Positions 63,901 to 64,000 of a stretch of 64,000 nt of DNA are shown here, piece after piece; the stretch's first letter is position 1; each line of letters begins with the position of its first letter. The notes under the pieces are model-generated. The model had not been told where the DNA came from. It saw only the letters and a program-made list of their open reading frames with translations, and did not search any database. The DNA lies in contig MU057781.1 in NCBI GenBank assembly GCA_013265495.1, positions 62,001 to 126,000 of the forward strand. Direction: 5' to 3'. A program made the translations under genes and the position numbers. The DNA comes from Vicugna vicugna. Lineage: Eukaryota.

Positions 63901-64000
63901 TTTAATTAGCTCTCTTTTCCCTAGTTTCACAAAGGAGAAGCTTAGATCACTGATTTGAAAACTTTTTTTTTCCTTTTGTTTATTTATTTTTCTTTATTTT
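60930..64000 (-). mobile_element. Long degraded L1M (3' UTR plus ORF2 RT region), continuing past the window end
   Basis: ORF 62615-63253 carries frameshifted RT traces (IQHLF...LRQLGIKGDF...TTADAVCNHERL; compare IQHPF..LSKLGIEGNF..PTANIILNGEKL). Typical antisense L1 motifs such as atagatcaatttggagagaactgac are present. Confidence 0.88.
62213..62234. repeat. (GT)11 microsatellite within the L1
   Basis: Directly visible in the sequence. Confidence 0.95.

Larger units (their letters stand above)
1..64000 (-). other. TCERG1L: TCERG1L gene body: upstream intron (38870-64000) and downstream intron (1-38680), both running off the window
   Basis: I did not find the neighbouring exons (upstream ...PTVVLAPQPIP; downstream DTRTERGRVARPP...) by eye. 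The human introns flanking this exon are tens of kb long. All LTRs lie antisense to a minus-strand gene. Confidence 0.75.

Noticed and set aside
1..64000. CRISPR arrays, prokaryotic operons or defence systems, NUMTs, non-retroviral endogenous viral elements, processed pseudogenes
   Set aside because: No repeat-spacer array, gene-dense region or recognisable mitochondrial, viral or retrogene coding sequence was seen. A blastx of the repeat-masked window would be needed to exclude very diverged relics.

Overview
Mammalian genomic DNA, most likely from a camelid: there are two vic-1-type tRNA-derived SINEs and cetartiodactyl-type L1 3' ends. The first ~52 kb are GC- and CpG-rich. The only protein-coding sequence I can support is one 189-bp internal exon on the minus strand (38681-38869). 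It translates to [62 protein letters not shown], which I recognise from memory as TCERG1L (human exon 4), and it is absent from the ORF track. The rest of the window appears to be the two large flanking introns. They contain transposon relics (L1/HAL1, L2, MIR, MER5/MER20/MER33, an internally deleted Tigger1, two ERV1 solo LTRs, MLT1 and MLT2), small tandem repeats and a 69-N gap. Nearly all listed ORFs look like chance ORFs of GC-rich DNA or transposon remnants. I found no convincing new biological system. The best leads are a pair of cryptic exons that could act as a poison exon or encode a spliced 77-aa small ORF, fine-scale AT-to-GC footprints inside old repeats, and a MER41-like LTR with eroded GAS sites. 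Repeat family calls come from remembered consensus sequences, and most repeat boundaries are approximate.
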